Assembly (NCBI GenBank): GCA_951406725.2
Contig: OX597826.1
Coordinates: 47,492,001 to 47,556,000, forward strand
DNA length: 64,000 nucleotides
Reading direction: 5' to 3'
Origin: Octopus vulgaris
Lineage: Eukaryota
The notes under the pieces were generated by a model. That model saw only the letters and a list, made by a program, of their open reading frames with translations. It had not been told where the DNA came from and made no database searches. Shown in pieces: positions 1 to 13,725 of the stretch. A program made the translations under genes and the position numbers. How positions within the stretch are numbered: the first letter of the stretch is position 1; every line of letters begins with the position of its first letter.

Positions 1-154
1 AGCAGGCTACACAGTTGATTCCTTTCACAACTTTCTAAATTGCATGCTTTGGGTTCGATCCTGCTTCACATCAATTCAGGCCTCAGCCTTTCACATAGCC
101 TTCACCAGCCGAATGATTAACTCGAGTTTGCAATTATCGACGCGGAATCCAGTG

Positions 155-262
155 GTATATAACGCAAAGGTATATACATACATGTATGCATACATACATA
201 CATACATTATATATATATATGCATGCATGTATATATTTATATATATATGTGTATATATATGT

Positions 263-306
<44 letters not shown>

Positions 307-377
307 ATGTTATAATGTATATATATATACATACATACATATATATACATATATGTAAGTATGTGTATGTATATATG

Positions 378-408
<31 letters not shown>

Positions 409-545
409 CATGTGTGTATGTAAACACACTCACAAGCACACACACACATACACAAACACATATATATATATTTATGCACACACACACATACATACATGCA
501 TATATATATAGGTTGATGTATATAGATATATACTTGTGCATATGT
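155..545. repeat. Compound (TA)n/(TG)n/(CA)n microsatellite
   Basis: Direct dinucleotide runs; these explain the YI/CV-rich ORFs here. Confidence 0.95.
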
Positions 546-803
546 AAACGAACAATAATATCTCTGAGTATATATTTGCATCCAATCGTATGACGGAATG
601 TGATCGAGAAATAAAAAAATTTCGATGAATCGGTGCGTCAAACAAAAATACCTTGTTCGATATATTCCAGACAGCAGACTTAGCCGTACGATGAAAAGGA
701 ACGATACACAACAACTTATAGAAATGGGTGGAATCAAAAGCAGTTTCATTGATACCCCAGCATGGCCACGAGCGCAAAAATGAATGCGATAAATGAATAA
801 AGT

Positions 804-807
<4 letters not shown>

Positions 808-849
<42 letters not shown>

Positions 850-1037
850 TGCATGAGCTTGTTTGGTTGTATGTGTGTTATGAATGTATATATGTGTATT
901 TATATATGTACATATTTACGTATAGAAACACACACATATGCACATTATATATACATACATAAATATATACATGAATGTATTAATATATATATATATATAT
1001 GTGTGTGTGTGTATATGTATTATATATAATATATATA

Positions 1038-1115
<78 letters not shown>

Positions 1116-1440
1116 ATATATATATACATATATACATATTATATATATAATACAGACACACACACATGTCTGTACATGCACCTCTTTGTAGAATATGCAT
1201 ATCTTCATATATACATGCATGTTCACACACACCTTCATATCTATATGCATACCTACATTAATCCATATATACATTCACGTGTGCGTGTTTGTGTGAGAGT
1301 GTGTTTGTTTGTATTTATGCGCGTGTATGTGTGTGTGTGCGTGTGTGTATGTATAAACACACCCGTAAATACATATATGCATTTATACTAATATACGTAA
1401 TAATATATATAAATATATATATATATTTATATAAACATCC
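808..1440. repeat. Compound (TG)n/(TA)n microsatellite block
   Basis: Direct dinucleotide runs. Confidence 0.9.
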
Positions 1441-1889
1441 CTCCATCCATCCATAAATACATACATATATTCATACATGCAGACGTACATACATTCACGT
1501 GTATATCCCCTGATGCGTGTGTGTGTGTGTGTGTTTGTATGCCTGTGTCAATACATAAGTATTTCACGACTTCCTCTAACATCTTTCACAGCCTATGAAG
1601 TAACATGAAATGAAGGGTTTTTAAATTAATTATGTTTACCAAAAATAGATATGGCGGGGTAGGAAGAGAGTGAGAGAGAGAGAGAGAGAGTGTGTGTGTG
1701 TTTGGAGTAGAAAGAGAGCGGTCATAAACATACCCTCCAATGTACTCTTAACACATGCATACATGAATGCAACTCACATGCATGTGTAGTCATGCATGTA
1801 GATTTTATATACGTATATATATATATATATAAGCATAGGTATGCATGTATGAATTATGTTAGTAAATTATATACATAAATGCATACTTA

Positions 1890-2535
<646 letters not shown>

Positions 2536-2645
2536 GTATTATGCATAGAAGTGATGCACAATTCCTTGAATTTCCGACTCGTACTTAAATTGTCTGTGTG
2601 AATGACTTAGGACTAGGTAGTTTGTACATATCATAGGGTAGAGTA

Positions 2646-2917
2646 CATTTTCAAAATGATGCGAAACCAACTAATGATATTTTGAATGCATTTAATACAT
2701 ACTTTTCAGATAATTGCGCCATAGATAAAAAGGGAACTTAATCTCTTATGCAAATTCCTCCCCAGTTAAGACATATCGAATTATTTAAGACGTCTTAACT
2801 GAGGAAGATTTGCGCAAGAGGTGAAAAGCCGTTTTTTTTTATCTATTGTGCAACTGAAACGTACGTATTAAATGCTTTGAAAATATCATTATTGGTTTGA
2901 CATAATTTTGATAATGC
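2646..2917. mobile_element. Old foldback/MITE-like element (long imperfect inverted repeat)
   Basis: The left arm cattttcaaaatgatgcgaaaccaactaatgatattttgaatgcatttaatac... matches the reverse complement of the right arm ...gtattaaatgctttgaaaatatcattattggtttgacataattttgataatg. The inner pair is cagttaagac/gtcttaactg. Weak pairing extends to about 2610-2950. Confidence 0.7.
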
Positions 2918-3074
2918 GTGTGACTTAATGACTCGTACAAGCTAGCAAGTATCAATCGCTCTGATGATAAATCTACGGATTTAAGATTGATCTGGGACTA
3001 AACATGATCTAGGGTTACCACAATCGCTTCTACAATTTCGTTGATTTACTTGTAAGTGTTCAATAACCAGCGTT

Positions 3075-3478
3075 TTTTTTTTGTTTTGGAAGCACTCCGT
3101 CGGTTACGACGACGAGGGTTCCGGTTGATCCAAATCAACGGAACAGCCTGCTCGTGAAATTAACGTGCAAGTGGCTGAGCACTCCACAGACACGTGTACC
3201 CCTAACGCAGTTCTTGGGGATATTCAGCGTGACACAGAGAGTGACAAGGCCGGCCCTTTGAAATACAGGTACAACAGAAACAGGAAGTAAGAGTGAGTGT
3301 GAGAGAAAGTTGTGGTGAAAGAGTACAGCAGGGATCACCACCACCCCCTGCCGGAGCCTCGTGGAGCTTTAGGTGTTTTCGCTCAATAAACACTCACAAC
3401 GCCCGGTCTGGGAATCGAAACCGCGATCCTATGACCGCGAGTCCGCTGCCCTAACCACTGGGCCATTGCGCCTCCACT
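3075..3478 (-). mobile_element. tRNA-derived SINE, family A, full length with TSD
   Basis: Minus-strand head with A box TGGCCCAGTGG and B-box-like GGTTTCGATTCC, and an A-rich tail. 12-bp TSD ataaccagcgtt at 3063-3074 and 3479-3490. Near-identical to the copies at 20173 and 31430. Confidence 0.95.
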
Positions 3479-4111
3479 ATAACCAGCGTTAAACATGTAT
3501 CCAATATGTTTAATCGTACGCAGTGTGTTTAACTGTATGCTTTTATTCCTATCTGTTCTGCTTATGTATGGAGTCTCACCAAGGGAGAATATGCAGAAAG
3601 GTCTGACAAACGAATAAAAACAGATTTGAGACCTATTGGGAAATATTAATATAACTTCGATAGAGACAAAACAATTCCTACCCACTCTATCATAGAAGAA
3701 AAACTATCTATTGTTCACATATAGTTGTCGTATACAGAGTTAATTACCATAGACAAATTATACATAAATTGCCATATGTGTAACATTTGTTTTGCCATTC
3801 TTCGGTATAGGTCAATAGAAGCTAATTTACATACACAATGCCAAAATCTCCATTCAGACAATTAATATATATATTTCTATACTTAATTATAACCTGTAAC
3901 TTTTGTAACATATATATATATACCTCTGTAAAGCCTCTCATTTTCTACTTCCTTATTGATTTTTTCCTTCCACTGAGTTACATATATGCGGACACACATT
4001 CATGGTACACGGGTTTCTAATCAGAAACACAAAATCACCCGACGAGTCCTATCTGTAATGTTTCCATTTCATCACACGTAAATAAAGGTTGCATTATATG
4101 CACGTATTGAA

Positions 4112-4308
4112 AGGTGGCGAGGTAGCAGAATCGTTAGCAAGCCGGGTGTTCGCCCGTCTTTACATTTTGGGTTCAAACTCCGCCGAGGTCTACTTTGCTT
4201 TTCATCCATTCGGGGTCAAGAAAACAAGTACCAGCGAAACCCTGGGGTCGATGTAATCGACTAGTCTTCTCCCCCAAAATTTCAAGCCTTGTGCCTTTAA
4301 CAGAAAAG
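4112..4308 (+). mobile_element. SINE family C with tail type 2
   Basis: ggtggcgaggtagcagaatcgttagc...ggttcaaactccgccgaggtc...aagtaccag...aatttcaagccttgtgcc. Imperfect TSD attatatgYaYgtat on both sides. Confidence 0.85.
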
Positions 4309-4484
4309 ATTATATGTATGTATATAGATAGATAAATATTCCTCTATTCGTTTCAGCCATGTGACTGCGGTCATTCTGAAGCAGCACTATAATTTTGTAC
4401 TTTTTCATATCATTCTTCTTTGGCTGATTTCTTCAGTGTGATACGATCTCATATCACCACTCCTGTATGTGCTTTTCCCTTTGT

Positions 4485-4760
4485 CATTGTTCACCCATTT
4501 GGTGCACGAGGATGTTTGATACTGCTTCCCTCATCTGTACATCATGCCGGGCCGTTGGTTCATCCGATATTGTGGAGAGGAGAACGTCTTGTTCTATTTT
4601 GAAGACATCGACGTCCACATTCTGAAGCTTTGTTAATTTTTTTTTCTGCTGGGCTTTGAAGAGCTGTGGGCCTTTGAACCCCAAGGTACTGCAATATAGG
4701 ATCTTGACTTTAGATGACGTGAATAGAACCTTTGGTATAAATGGCGCCCAGTTCAGGAAT
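4485..4760 (-). mobile_element. CR1-like LINE ORF2 3' fragment (degenerate)
   Basis: Translation GFKGPQLF...DVDVFKIEQDVLLSTISDEP...SNILVHQ is homologous to the peptide at 10879-11148. Confidence 0.7.
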
Positions 4761-5408
4761 TTTTATAACACTCAATGCTGAAATTCGCTTCCATTTCTGT
4801 TTGTACAGCTCCAGTTGCAACTTTTCTTAGCTACTTCTGCCATAGCTTTAGGAGCTCCGATTCTCTCGCTCCCAGAAATCGTGGGATGGTTCATGAGATC
4901 ATTGGCACATTTGCCCACAACCCCTCTCGCTCCCACCTCTATGGCGTGGACTTTGATTTGAAAGCCAGATTTTTCAGTGTGACAACTAAAACGCCATATT
5001 TTTCAGTCATGTATATGTGGGTTTCGTCCGATAGTTATTAAAAGAAGGAAGTAGAAGAGTAATTGTTCATGATTGGGCAACTACTTAAAGACGATTGTAA
5101 ATTAGTTTATGTAGTCTTGTTCGTCATGGTTAATTCATCACTGCTGATTCGGGATAGCACAGCATGCTCAACAGTGAAAGCGAATCACATTTATCATGGA
5201 TTGATCTGTGATAATACGGATCGGATATCAGTCGTAGATTCTTCTTGTACCGAATAAAAGCACCCAATTGAGCACACATATTTTCTCAGCTACGAAAAAT
5301 GCAATGACTATCGCTTGTGTTTACATGACTGAACTACGAGGCTATATGTTTTTTATACGGATTTAGGTACTCGTAGCCATCAATATTGAACCGCTGAACA
5401 GTAAAAGT

Positions 5409-5550
5409 ATGAAGGCGCTTGATTCTATCAATCGACGGAGACGAAGGTATTCTCTACAGAAAAAGATACAGATGATCCAGAAAATACGCGATGTTGGAAT
5501 CTTCGAAGCAGTAGGTCGTGAATTTGATGCCAATGAATCTATTTATCCTT
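5409..5550 (+). pseudogene. Possible pogo/Tigger-type transposase N-terminal HTH relic
   Basis: RRRYSLQKKIQMIQKIRDVGIFEAVGREFDANES resembles HTH_psq/BrkDBD-type transposase N-termini. No continuation follows. Confidence 0.4.
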
Positions 5551-5677
5551 CGTCCCACTTAACAGCGTGCATGGAGATGATTACTTTATCGCTGATTCAT
5601 TTATCACTGTAATAAACGAACTAAACCCCGTGATAAACGAAAACACCTGTATTTGCTAAACGGATACTGATAAAACA

Positions 5678-5872
5678 CGATTGCCTAATAGTGATTGCTA
5701 AATAGCAATTGTTCGGTAGTGGTTGTTACATAGTTTTATGAGCGATTCGTGATATACTGATTGTTAGATCGGTCTTGAGGAACGCAATAAACAACGATTG
5801 TTAAGTACAGGATTGTTAAATAGTGCTAGAGTACCTCGTTAGTCATAGCTAAATATTGATTGTTAAATAGTG
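5678..5872. repeat. Degenerate minisatellite, ~14-bp unit gattgttaaatagt
   Basis: Recurring variants gattgcctaatagt, gattgctaaatagc, gattgttaaatagt. Confidence 0.55.
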
Positions 5873-6780
5873 TATAACGAGCGAACTTATATCATACATT
5901 CTTCATTTCCTTTTATAACTGTGTGTTTACGTAGAATTTCAATTTACAGAGACGTAAATACACACATACACACACACATACTCGTGCACACTCGCATCAT
6001 TAACTTCTTTAAAGAACTAACACATTGCAACATTACATGCAAAAGCTTGTCTATGTGTATAATAATGCGTGTGTCTAACTGTGTGTGCGTGTATCTGAAT
6101 GTTTGTGTATGTGTCTGTGTGTGTGTATATAAATATATTTTGCGACAAAATTCTATAACAGGAAATTGATTGAGTCAGACGAAATTTAGCTAAAGTGTAC
6201 ACACACTTATACATATATTTATTCTTATATATTTGGGTGCGTATATGCATGCATATATGTATGTATACAAGGAAATACACGCATATATATGTATGCGTGT
6301 GCATATATGTGTGTGTGTGTGTATGTATATTTACCTGCTGCGCGTGAGAACCAGCGATAGTGAGCCTAGATTTTATGATTGCAATGTTATAAGTACTGTG
6401 GCACACACACACACACACATACATTCAATAACACCTAACACACACAAACATACACATACATACACACATGCACACAGACACACACACATTTATAAACATA
6501 GACAAATACTCCAAACTCGCATACATGTCCACAGGCAAACTAGCTTCAATACATTCCTATATACACCTAAATATACATGAATACAAACATGCATAAATAC
6601 ATATGCATACCAATGCATATACATACATACACATACATACATACGCGTATAAATGCATTTACTCACACATTAATTTATTCGTAAACAAATACATGTATAC
6701 GCATCCATTTTTACATACAAACTTATAAACATACGTATATGCGTTCATAAATTTGTAGAAATATATAGATAGAATTATAC

Positions 6781-6821
<41 letters not shown>

Positions 6822-7064
6822 TACGTGCCCATATATATTTAGCTTTATGCATATATAAATACATATGTATATAAAATAATAAAAATAAATGCGCCCTTTT
6901 AAAGCCTAGCCAGGCATTGTGTGTTGTAAAAATTCCCGAACTGGACGCTATTTATACCAAAGGTTCTATCCACCCCATCTAAAGTCAGGATCCTGTATTG
7001 CAGTAGCTTGGGGTTTAAAGGCCCACAGCTCTTCAAAGCCCAGCAAAAGAAAAGAAATTAAGAG

Positions 7065-7181
7065 TTACGTGAAAATGAAGTGTTTTGCTCAAGAACACAA
7101 CGCGTTGCCCGGCCCAGGAATCGAAACCACAATCTTACGATCATGATGCTGACACCCTAACCACTAAGCCACGCGCCTCGA
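7065..7181 (-). mobile_element. SINE tRNA head fragment (family D)
   Basis: Minus strand reads gaggcgcgtggcttagtggttagggtgtcagcatcatgatcgtaagattgtggtttcgattcctgg...gttcttgagcaaaacacttcatttcac. Confidence 0.8.
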
Positions 7182-7584
7182 CATATACGTATATACGTGC
7201 ATTTATATATACATAGCTTTATGCACAGGTAAAGATATATAAATATACATATTGTGATGATTGCCTTATCTAGTCAAACGATAGCCGTCTCACATTCTGT
7301 TTGATTCTTCTCATTTACTTTCGTCCTTAAATATGTGCGTATATGATTTTCGCGGCACGCATCAATTTCCATAGGATTTTATAGAATACAAAATGGATAT
7401 CAAGTAATGAAATGATAGTGAGACATTTGCACACCTTCAGATTTAAGTGTGAAAGGTTGTACAACACTTTTATCGCTCTCAGAGTCATCATAGTAGGTTC
7501 TAGTCATACGCATTGCAAGATGAGTGATGCTGTTTTGAATGCTGTGTCTTTCTCATAGAAGTTCTACCTTCCCTACAGCTTCGT

Positions 7585-7832
7585 AGAGGCGCGTGGCTTA
7601 GTGGTTAGGATGTTAGATTCATATGATCGTAATATTGTGGTTTCGATTCCTGGACCGAGCAACGCGTTGTGTCTTTGACCAAAAGCTTTCATTTCGCTTT
7701 GCTCCATTTTACACAATGAGCAATCCAGTGATGGATCGGCGTCCCGTCCAAGTGGGGAACATATATACGTCATGGAAACCGGAAACCCAACCCTTATAAG
7801 TCAGCATGACTCGAGAAGATAATCTTTACCCG
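7585..7832 (+). mobile_element. SINE family D head with Meta-like central domain/tail
   Basis: Same head as 7065-7181, followed by gtgatggatcggcgtcccgtcca...ggggaac...gaaaccgg...ctttaccc, which is shared with 57776-58076. Confidence 0.8.
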
Positions 7833-7999
7833 TTACTTTGCCCTACGGCTTTACCAAAAATAACGGAAGCCCCCTCTGCCCTGCAGAACTCTGTTTAACC
7901 TACAAATGAAACACTGACAGGTATTACCTTTCTAGGTTTGAACGGACCGAAGAGCAATGACAACTCACGCTCCTTACAGCTTAAAAGCTCCCTCTTCTA

Positions 8000-8085
<86 letters not shown>

Positions 8086-8180
8086 TATATATTTCAACAA
8101 TTGAGGGTAAAATTAATTAATTATTAATCAATTTCACCAAGTATTCAGTATGTAAAGGGACCATTTAAGGCGAATTCAAA

Positions 8181-8400
8181 ATATTACATTTTATAAAGGG
8201 CTTAGTAAAATAAATTACTTTGCCACATACTGAACTCATTAGAAATAGCAGCCAAAAAAATTTTTTGTAGCCATTTCTAATACTTAAAGAAAATTTTCTT
8301 TAAGTATTAGAAATGGCTAAAAAAATTTTTTTGGGCTGCTATTTCTAATGAGTTCAGTATGTGGCAAAGTAATTTATTTTACTAAGCCCTTTATAAAATG

Positions 8401-8406
<6 letters not shown>
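8181..8406. repeat. Near-perfect 226-bp loopless palindrome in a (TA)n island
   Basis: The arms are reverse complements, centred between 8293 and 8294 (aaagaaaa|ttttcttt), with a few mismatches in the A/T runs. Confidence 0.95.
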
Positions 8407-8435
<29 letters not shown>

Positions 8436-8456
8436 CATACATATATATATATATAG

Positions 8457-8487
<31 letters not shown>

Positions 8488-8488
<1 letters not shown>

Positions 8489-8675
8489 GGAGAATTCACA
8501 AAAAAAACAAAAGACGAAGACAGGTGGTGTAGACAACAAACAGGTCTATTAGTATAACGCTCGAGAAGTGAAAAAGTCTTTAACGATTCGAGCCTACGCT
8601 CTTCCACACAAAGGAACACAGAAAGAAACAAGGTGAGAAAATAAAGAATGTGTAGTGGCTAGCGATCTGTCATGA
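8488..8675 (-). mobile_element. Penelope-like terminal repeat fragment, family P1 (degenerate hammerhead)
   Basis: Homologous to 26688-26900 and 36255-36450. Sits next to a TA/CA microsatellite. Minus-strand motif GUGUGGA-A-GAGC-GUAG-GCUC-GAAU-CG-UU-AAAGA. Confidence 0.65.
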
Positions 8676-8686
8676 TCTATAGACAT

Positions 8687-8729
<43 letters not shown>

Positions 8730-9571
8730 GTATGTATGTATTTATGTACGTATATTAATAATTGCATTCCTATATAAGTGCATATGCATTAGTAACAAAT
8801 ACATATACCTTTAAAACAAAAGTAAGAAATATTGATATACTACTACTACCACCACCAGCAGCAGCAGCACCAACACCACCTCCACCACCATTACTACTAC
8901 TACTACTACTACTACTAATACTACTACTGTAGCGGAGAATACGCTTACCAGGCGTATCTTTCATGAAATGGCCTCTCTCGAAAGAAGATAATAATACGGT
9001 TAACCCACCATATACGATAAATGCAAAAATACGATTTACAAGGAATTCACTTGGTTTGCACCTTTTTCAGATAGTGTCCAATAATTTGTTGTTGTTTCTT
9101 TAATTATGTTTTTGCGTATACACAATCACCACTACATTATTTCTCTTATAATTTTTTTCCCATTTTCCTTCTATGTTACTTCCATTTTTTTTTTTCATTA
9201 TGAAGCAGTAAACTGATTAGGTAAGAAAAATATCTTGTTATATTTTGCAGAACATTATGGAGATTGAATAATTATTTTAAATGTCAAAAAAAGTTAATAT
9301 ATCCGGAAATGAAAAATAATATATTAAATCCACTGCAAAATGGAAAAGATTCAGCTGAATCTAAATATTTTTAATATAAATGAGACAATTAATTAAAGAA
9401 CTAAACAAATCGATGAAAATATCAAAACCTGCATCCTACAACGGTTTGAAAGACACGTCTTTTATGCGCGGTGGGATTATGGAAATAAAGGACGAAGCCA
9501 TTTTGCTATAACTTGAAAATAAACCCTTAATTCGACAGTACCTATATATACATATACATATACATAAACAT

Positions 9572-9651
<80 letters not shown>

Positions 9652-9753
9652 ACATACATACATACACACATATATTTTGACTTTTTATTAAAATTTTATG
9701 TATTGATTAAGTCTTTCCTTGTTTGTTTTGCAAAATAGTGGTTTTGTCTCTAA

Positions 9754-9785
<32 letters not shown>

Positions 9786-9806
9786 AATATATAGGCGTAC
9801 TCCTAT

Positions 9807-10197
9807 AGGCGTAGGAGTGGCTGCGTGATAAGTAGTTTGCTTACCAGCCACATGGTTCCGGGTTCAGTCCCACTGCGTGGCACCTTGGGCAAGTGTCTTC
9901 TACTATAGCCTCGGGCTGATCAATGCCTTGTGAGTGGATTTGGTTGACGGAAACTGAAAGAAGCTAGTCGTATATATATGTGTGTGTGTGTGTGTATATG
10001 TTTGTGTGTCTGTGTTTGTCCCCCCAACATCGCTTGACAACCGATGATGGTGTGTTTACGTCCCCGTAACTTAGCGGTTCGGCAAAAGAGGCCGATAGAA
10101 TAAGTCCTGGGGTCGATTTGCTCAACTAAAGGTGCTGCTCCAGCATGGCCGCAGTCAAATGACTGAAACAAGTAAAAGAGTAAAAGAGTAAAAGAGA

Positions 10198-10199
<2 letters not shown>
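9807..10199 (+). mobile_element. SINE family B (internal microsatellite)
   Basis: aggagtggctgcgtg...gggttcagtcccactgcgtggcaccttgggcaagtgtc...ctccagcatggccgcagtcaaatgactgaaacaag(taaaagag)n. Multiple copies in the window. Confidence 0.95.
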
Positions 10200-10250
<51 letters not shown>

Positions 10251-10320
10251 TATACATATATATATGTGTGTGTATATATATATATGTGTATATATATATA
10301 TACATATATATGTGTGTGTT

Positions 10321-10358
<38 letters not shown>

Positions 10359-10714
10359 AATTGGGGAAGGCCTTTATGGGATCAAGAGGTCTTAGGCTAA
10401 CAAGTTTTGAGGCGAAATACAGAATTGTGAAACTTACAGCGTTTAAAAACCATCAAACTAAGGACGCAGCAAATGAGACAGGCGAGTTAAATCTTGCCAG
10501 CCCTGTATTAACGAAAACCGTAAGCTCCAGTAACCTGGTTACTATAGGAGTGGTGCAATTTCAAAACCTCTCCCCTCTCCAGCGGCATGAATAATCGGAA
10601 GAGAAATGGAGTCTAGATTATCAGAAATTATCATGGTTCAATGGAACAATATCATCCTCTCTCGTGAACCATCACTCAACGTTTTCCCAGTGAAGCTACA
10701 CAAAGATCAATACA

Positions 10715-11200
10715 AAGCGACATAGAGCTACTAGGAGAGACTGAAAGAGTTAAAATTCTACTCCCCGAGGTGAAGGCGGGAAAGATATGCAATAATATAC
10801 ATCTGGAGAATCCTAGAAAAATGTGTTTCAAATTTGGCATTGTCACTTACACAAACAGCAGGATAGGGTCGCTACTACATGGTACCAAATGTCCCAACAT
10901 TGCCATCAGGATACAGGACCAGATACTGCAGCAGCTTGGACTTCAAAGGCCCATTGCTCTTCAATTTCCTCCCACTAAGCCTGAGAGACTTGCATGGCAT
11001 GGATGTAGGCTTTTGCAAAACAAAACTAGATCTCCTTCTGTCAAAAGTTCCGGATGAACCTACCTCTTGGCAAGAAACACAAATGAGTACAGCAACGCCA
11101 AACTCCCTCATCCACCAAATGTCACATATCAGAGAAGGAGAAGGTTGAGTGAAAGTGTAGCAAAGTAAACGGTGATGCCCTAGCGTAGCCACAGTCCTTG
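10715..11200 (+). mobile_element. CR1-like LINE 3' fragment
   Basis: SY*ERLKELKFYSP..RRERYAIIYIWRILE, then YRTRYCSSLDFKGPLLFNFLPLSLRDL...FCKTKLDLLLSKVPDEP...NSLIHQ. This is typical of CR1-clade ORF2 C-termini; in-frame stops are present. Confidence 0.8.
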
Positions 11201-11237
11201 AACTGAAACTTATATATACATATATATATATATAGAC

Positions 11238-11448
11238 ACGATGGAATGTTGAGAAGTTTCTGGATTTGGGTAAAAGAAAATACAAGATCAGTTAATCATG
11301 ATTTTATTCAACATATTCCCTCTCTGATTCACATACTTATAGCAATGGTCCTTCGGTTTTTCTTCTAAGCACCGTAAAAGGAATCGAAAGCTCCAGTTAG
11401 GCCCTTCGTAACACCGTTAAAACCAGGAACTTTTCAACAACCTCACGT
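11238..11448. mobile_element. Mariner-derived MITE
   Basis: TIR-like ends cgatggaatgttgagaagtttctgg and ccaggaacttttcaacaacctcacg, followed by TA. Second copy at 53570-53780. Confidence 0.7.
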
Positions 11449-11596
<148 letters not shown>

Positions 11597-11659
11597 GCAT
11601 GCATGTACTCATAAATAAATACATACGTACGTATATATATTTATATGTAACATTTTATG

Positions 11660-11767
11660 TAGCCTGATGAGGTTTCTTCTGCTCTGTGGAGTGCATGCAA
11701 TTCCATTGTATCGTTCCTCACCCACTAGGGAACAGCGCAGATGTAAGATGAAACGATCGTAGTGCTA
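11660..11767 (+). ncRNA. Hammerhead-like motif with expanded helix II (in a PLE-like island)
   Basis: CUGAUGA at 11664-11670, about 80 nt of insert, then GAAA-CGAUCG-UA at 11750-11761. Helix I is uagc/gcua with a bulge. AATAAA lies just downstream. Confidence 0.55.
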
Positions 11768-12009
11768 ATAATAAAGCTTACAGTACACTGTCTTCTCTGT
11801 CAATTATTTAAAATATAATAAACGTGCACTGAGAGAAATCCCTTACGTAGTGCAGTACCGCTGATGACACCTGCTAACCGTATGGGGTGAATGTGCCCTA
11901 TCTCAAGGCACGCTATTAGGGATATGCTCAAAACAAAGCTTGGATAATACATCTTAATTTCCTATCTTAACTTTCATTTTAGACATTATATATATATACA
12001 TACACACAC

Positions 12010-12052
<43 letters not shown>

Positions 12053-12085
<33 letters not shown>

Positions 12086-12662
12086 GGCTGCTCCCTCGTT
12101 ATCGAGTATGGCCATTACACGAAGCTTAACTGTTACTGGTGCTGTGATCGAATGTGACTTTTTAGCCCAACCAAAGATCTACAATGTCTTGTACAGAATT
12201 GGCAACTAAAACCTTTACCGGTAATAGCCGGCTGTAGTTGTAACTGGGCTTCATGTACCTTTGCATGTCGTTTAAGTCCTCCTGCCGAATTACACTCTCT
12301 TCCACATGCCTGACAGATATGATTAGTATGGTGTGTAACACCACCACCAGTGGCCAGGTTGTCACTCATCTGTCTCGCTTTATGACTACGAAGATAACTC
12401 TTGAGTCCAGCTTTACTGAGGCAGGGTCTTGCACAGACTGCATGTCAGCATCATAGGAAGACCCTTCCCATCTGGAAGTGTAACAGCGATGCCCTTCCTG
12501 ACATCCCTCCTTACTTTCTCATGTGCAACTCGAGATTTCTCAAAAGTGGCTGTCCCCTCGTGCACAATCCTTCTCCACCTGCTACAATCAATAGCTATGC
12601 CTTCCCATGTGTCAGGAGAAATGCAAGCATCTCTTAAGGAAGCCTTCAGCAAGTCCTTATAC
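12053..12662 (-). mobile_element. RTE-clade LINE 3' segment: ORF C-terminus with C2H2 fingers, 3' UTR and (TAA)n tail
   Basis: YKDLLKASLRDACISPDTWEGIAIDCSRWRRIVHEG, then CQACGRECNSAGGLKRHAKVH and CQFCTRHCRSLVGLKSHIRSQH. 3' end ...ctcgataacgagggagcagcca(taa)n. Confidence 0.9.
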
Positions 12663-12912
12663 CTTAAACAACTGGAACGTTTCCATCAGATGTGTCTCAG
12701 ACGGATCTATGGCATTACGTGGAAGGACCGCATCAGTGATCTTGAAATATTGGAAGGCTCTTGGTGTGAAAGTATAGAAGCTCTTGTGTTAAAGCAAAGA
12801 CTCAGATGGAGTGGTCATCTGGTCAGGATGAAGGATTCAAGGATGCCAAAACAACTCTTTTATGGAGAGTTAGCTAAAGGAGAACGACCTCCACATAAAC
12901 CAAAAAAAAAAA
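12660..12912 (+). mobile_element. Inverted 5' segment of the same RTE LINE
   Basis: LKQLERFHQMCLRRIYGITWKDRISDLEILE...[37 protein letters not shown] is the RTE region immediately upstream of the YKDxLK motif. Confidence 0.9.
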
Positions 12913-13172
12913 ATTATATATATATACATACACATATATATATATATGTGTGTGTGTGTATGTGTGTGTGTGTATGTGTGTGTGTGTTTATGTATGTATG
13001 TATATATGTATATCAAATATGTATATATATACATGTCTGTATATATATTTATACATATATATACATATAAAAATACATGTGTATATATATATATATGTAT
13101 GTATATATATTTATATATATATATATACATATATATATGTATACATATATATATATGTATCTATATATATAT

Positions 13173-13206
<34 letters not shown>

Positions 13207-13305
13207 ATTTATAAATATATCTAATATAGGATAAAATTTTTCGAAAGAAATTCTATCAATGGCCAGCATATTAAAAAATACCTTTAAAGGTTAATTTTCT
13301 TTTGC

Positions 13306-13343
<38 letters not shown>

Positions 13344-13673
13344 GTGTATGTAAGTATGTATGTATATCTGTGATTCATGTGTGTATATTTGACCAAACCC
13401 CTATCGTAAACAATCTTCATTGCAAGCATACCTTCTATGCTGATAGATAAACATAAACACGCCCTGTTACGGAACGGAAGTGCTGCTCAAGATGCACAAG
13501 TCATAGAAAATAAATCGAAAATATGAGAGACATAGATTTTCAAGCCCTTTCATCGAAAGACAAGTAAGTTTAGTTGTTAATGATTTGGATAATTATAAAT
13601 GAAATATAGATAACCACATATGTATAGGCCCGTATACCCAAGCATATACATTACGCTGTGATAAATAAATAAA

Positions 13674-13725
<52 letters not shown>

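Noticed and set aside
12133-12369. Host C2H2 zinc-finger gene
   Set aside because: It is contiguous with RTE ORF sequence and followed by an RTE-type 3' UTR and (TAA)n tail.
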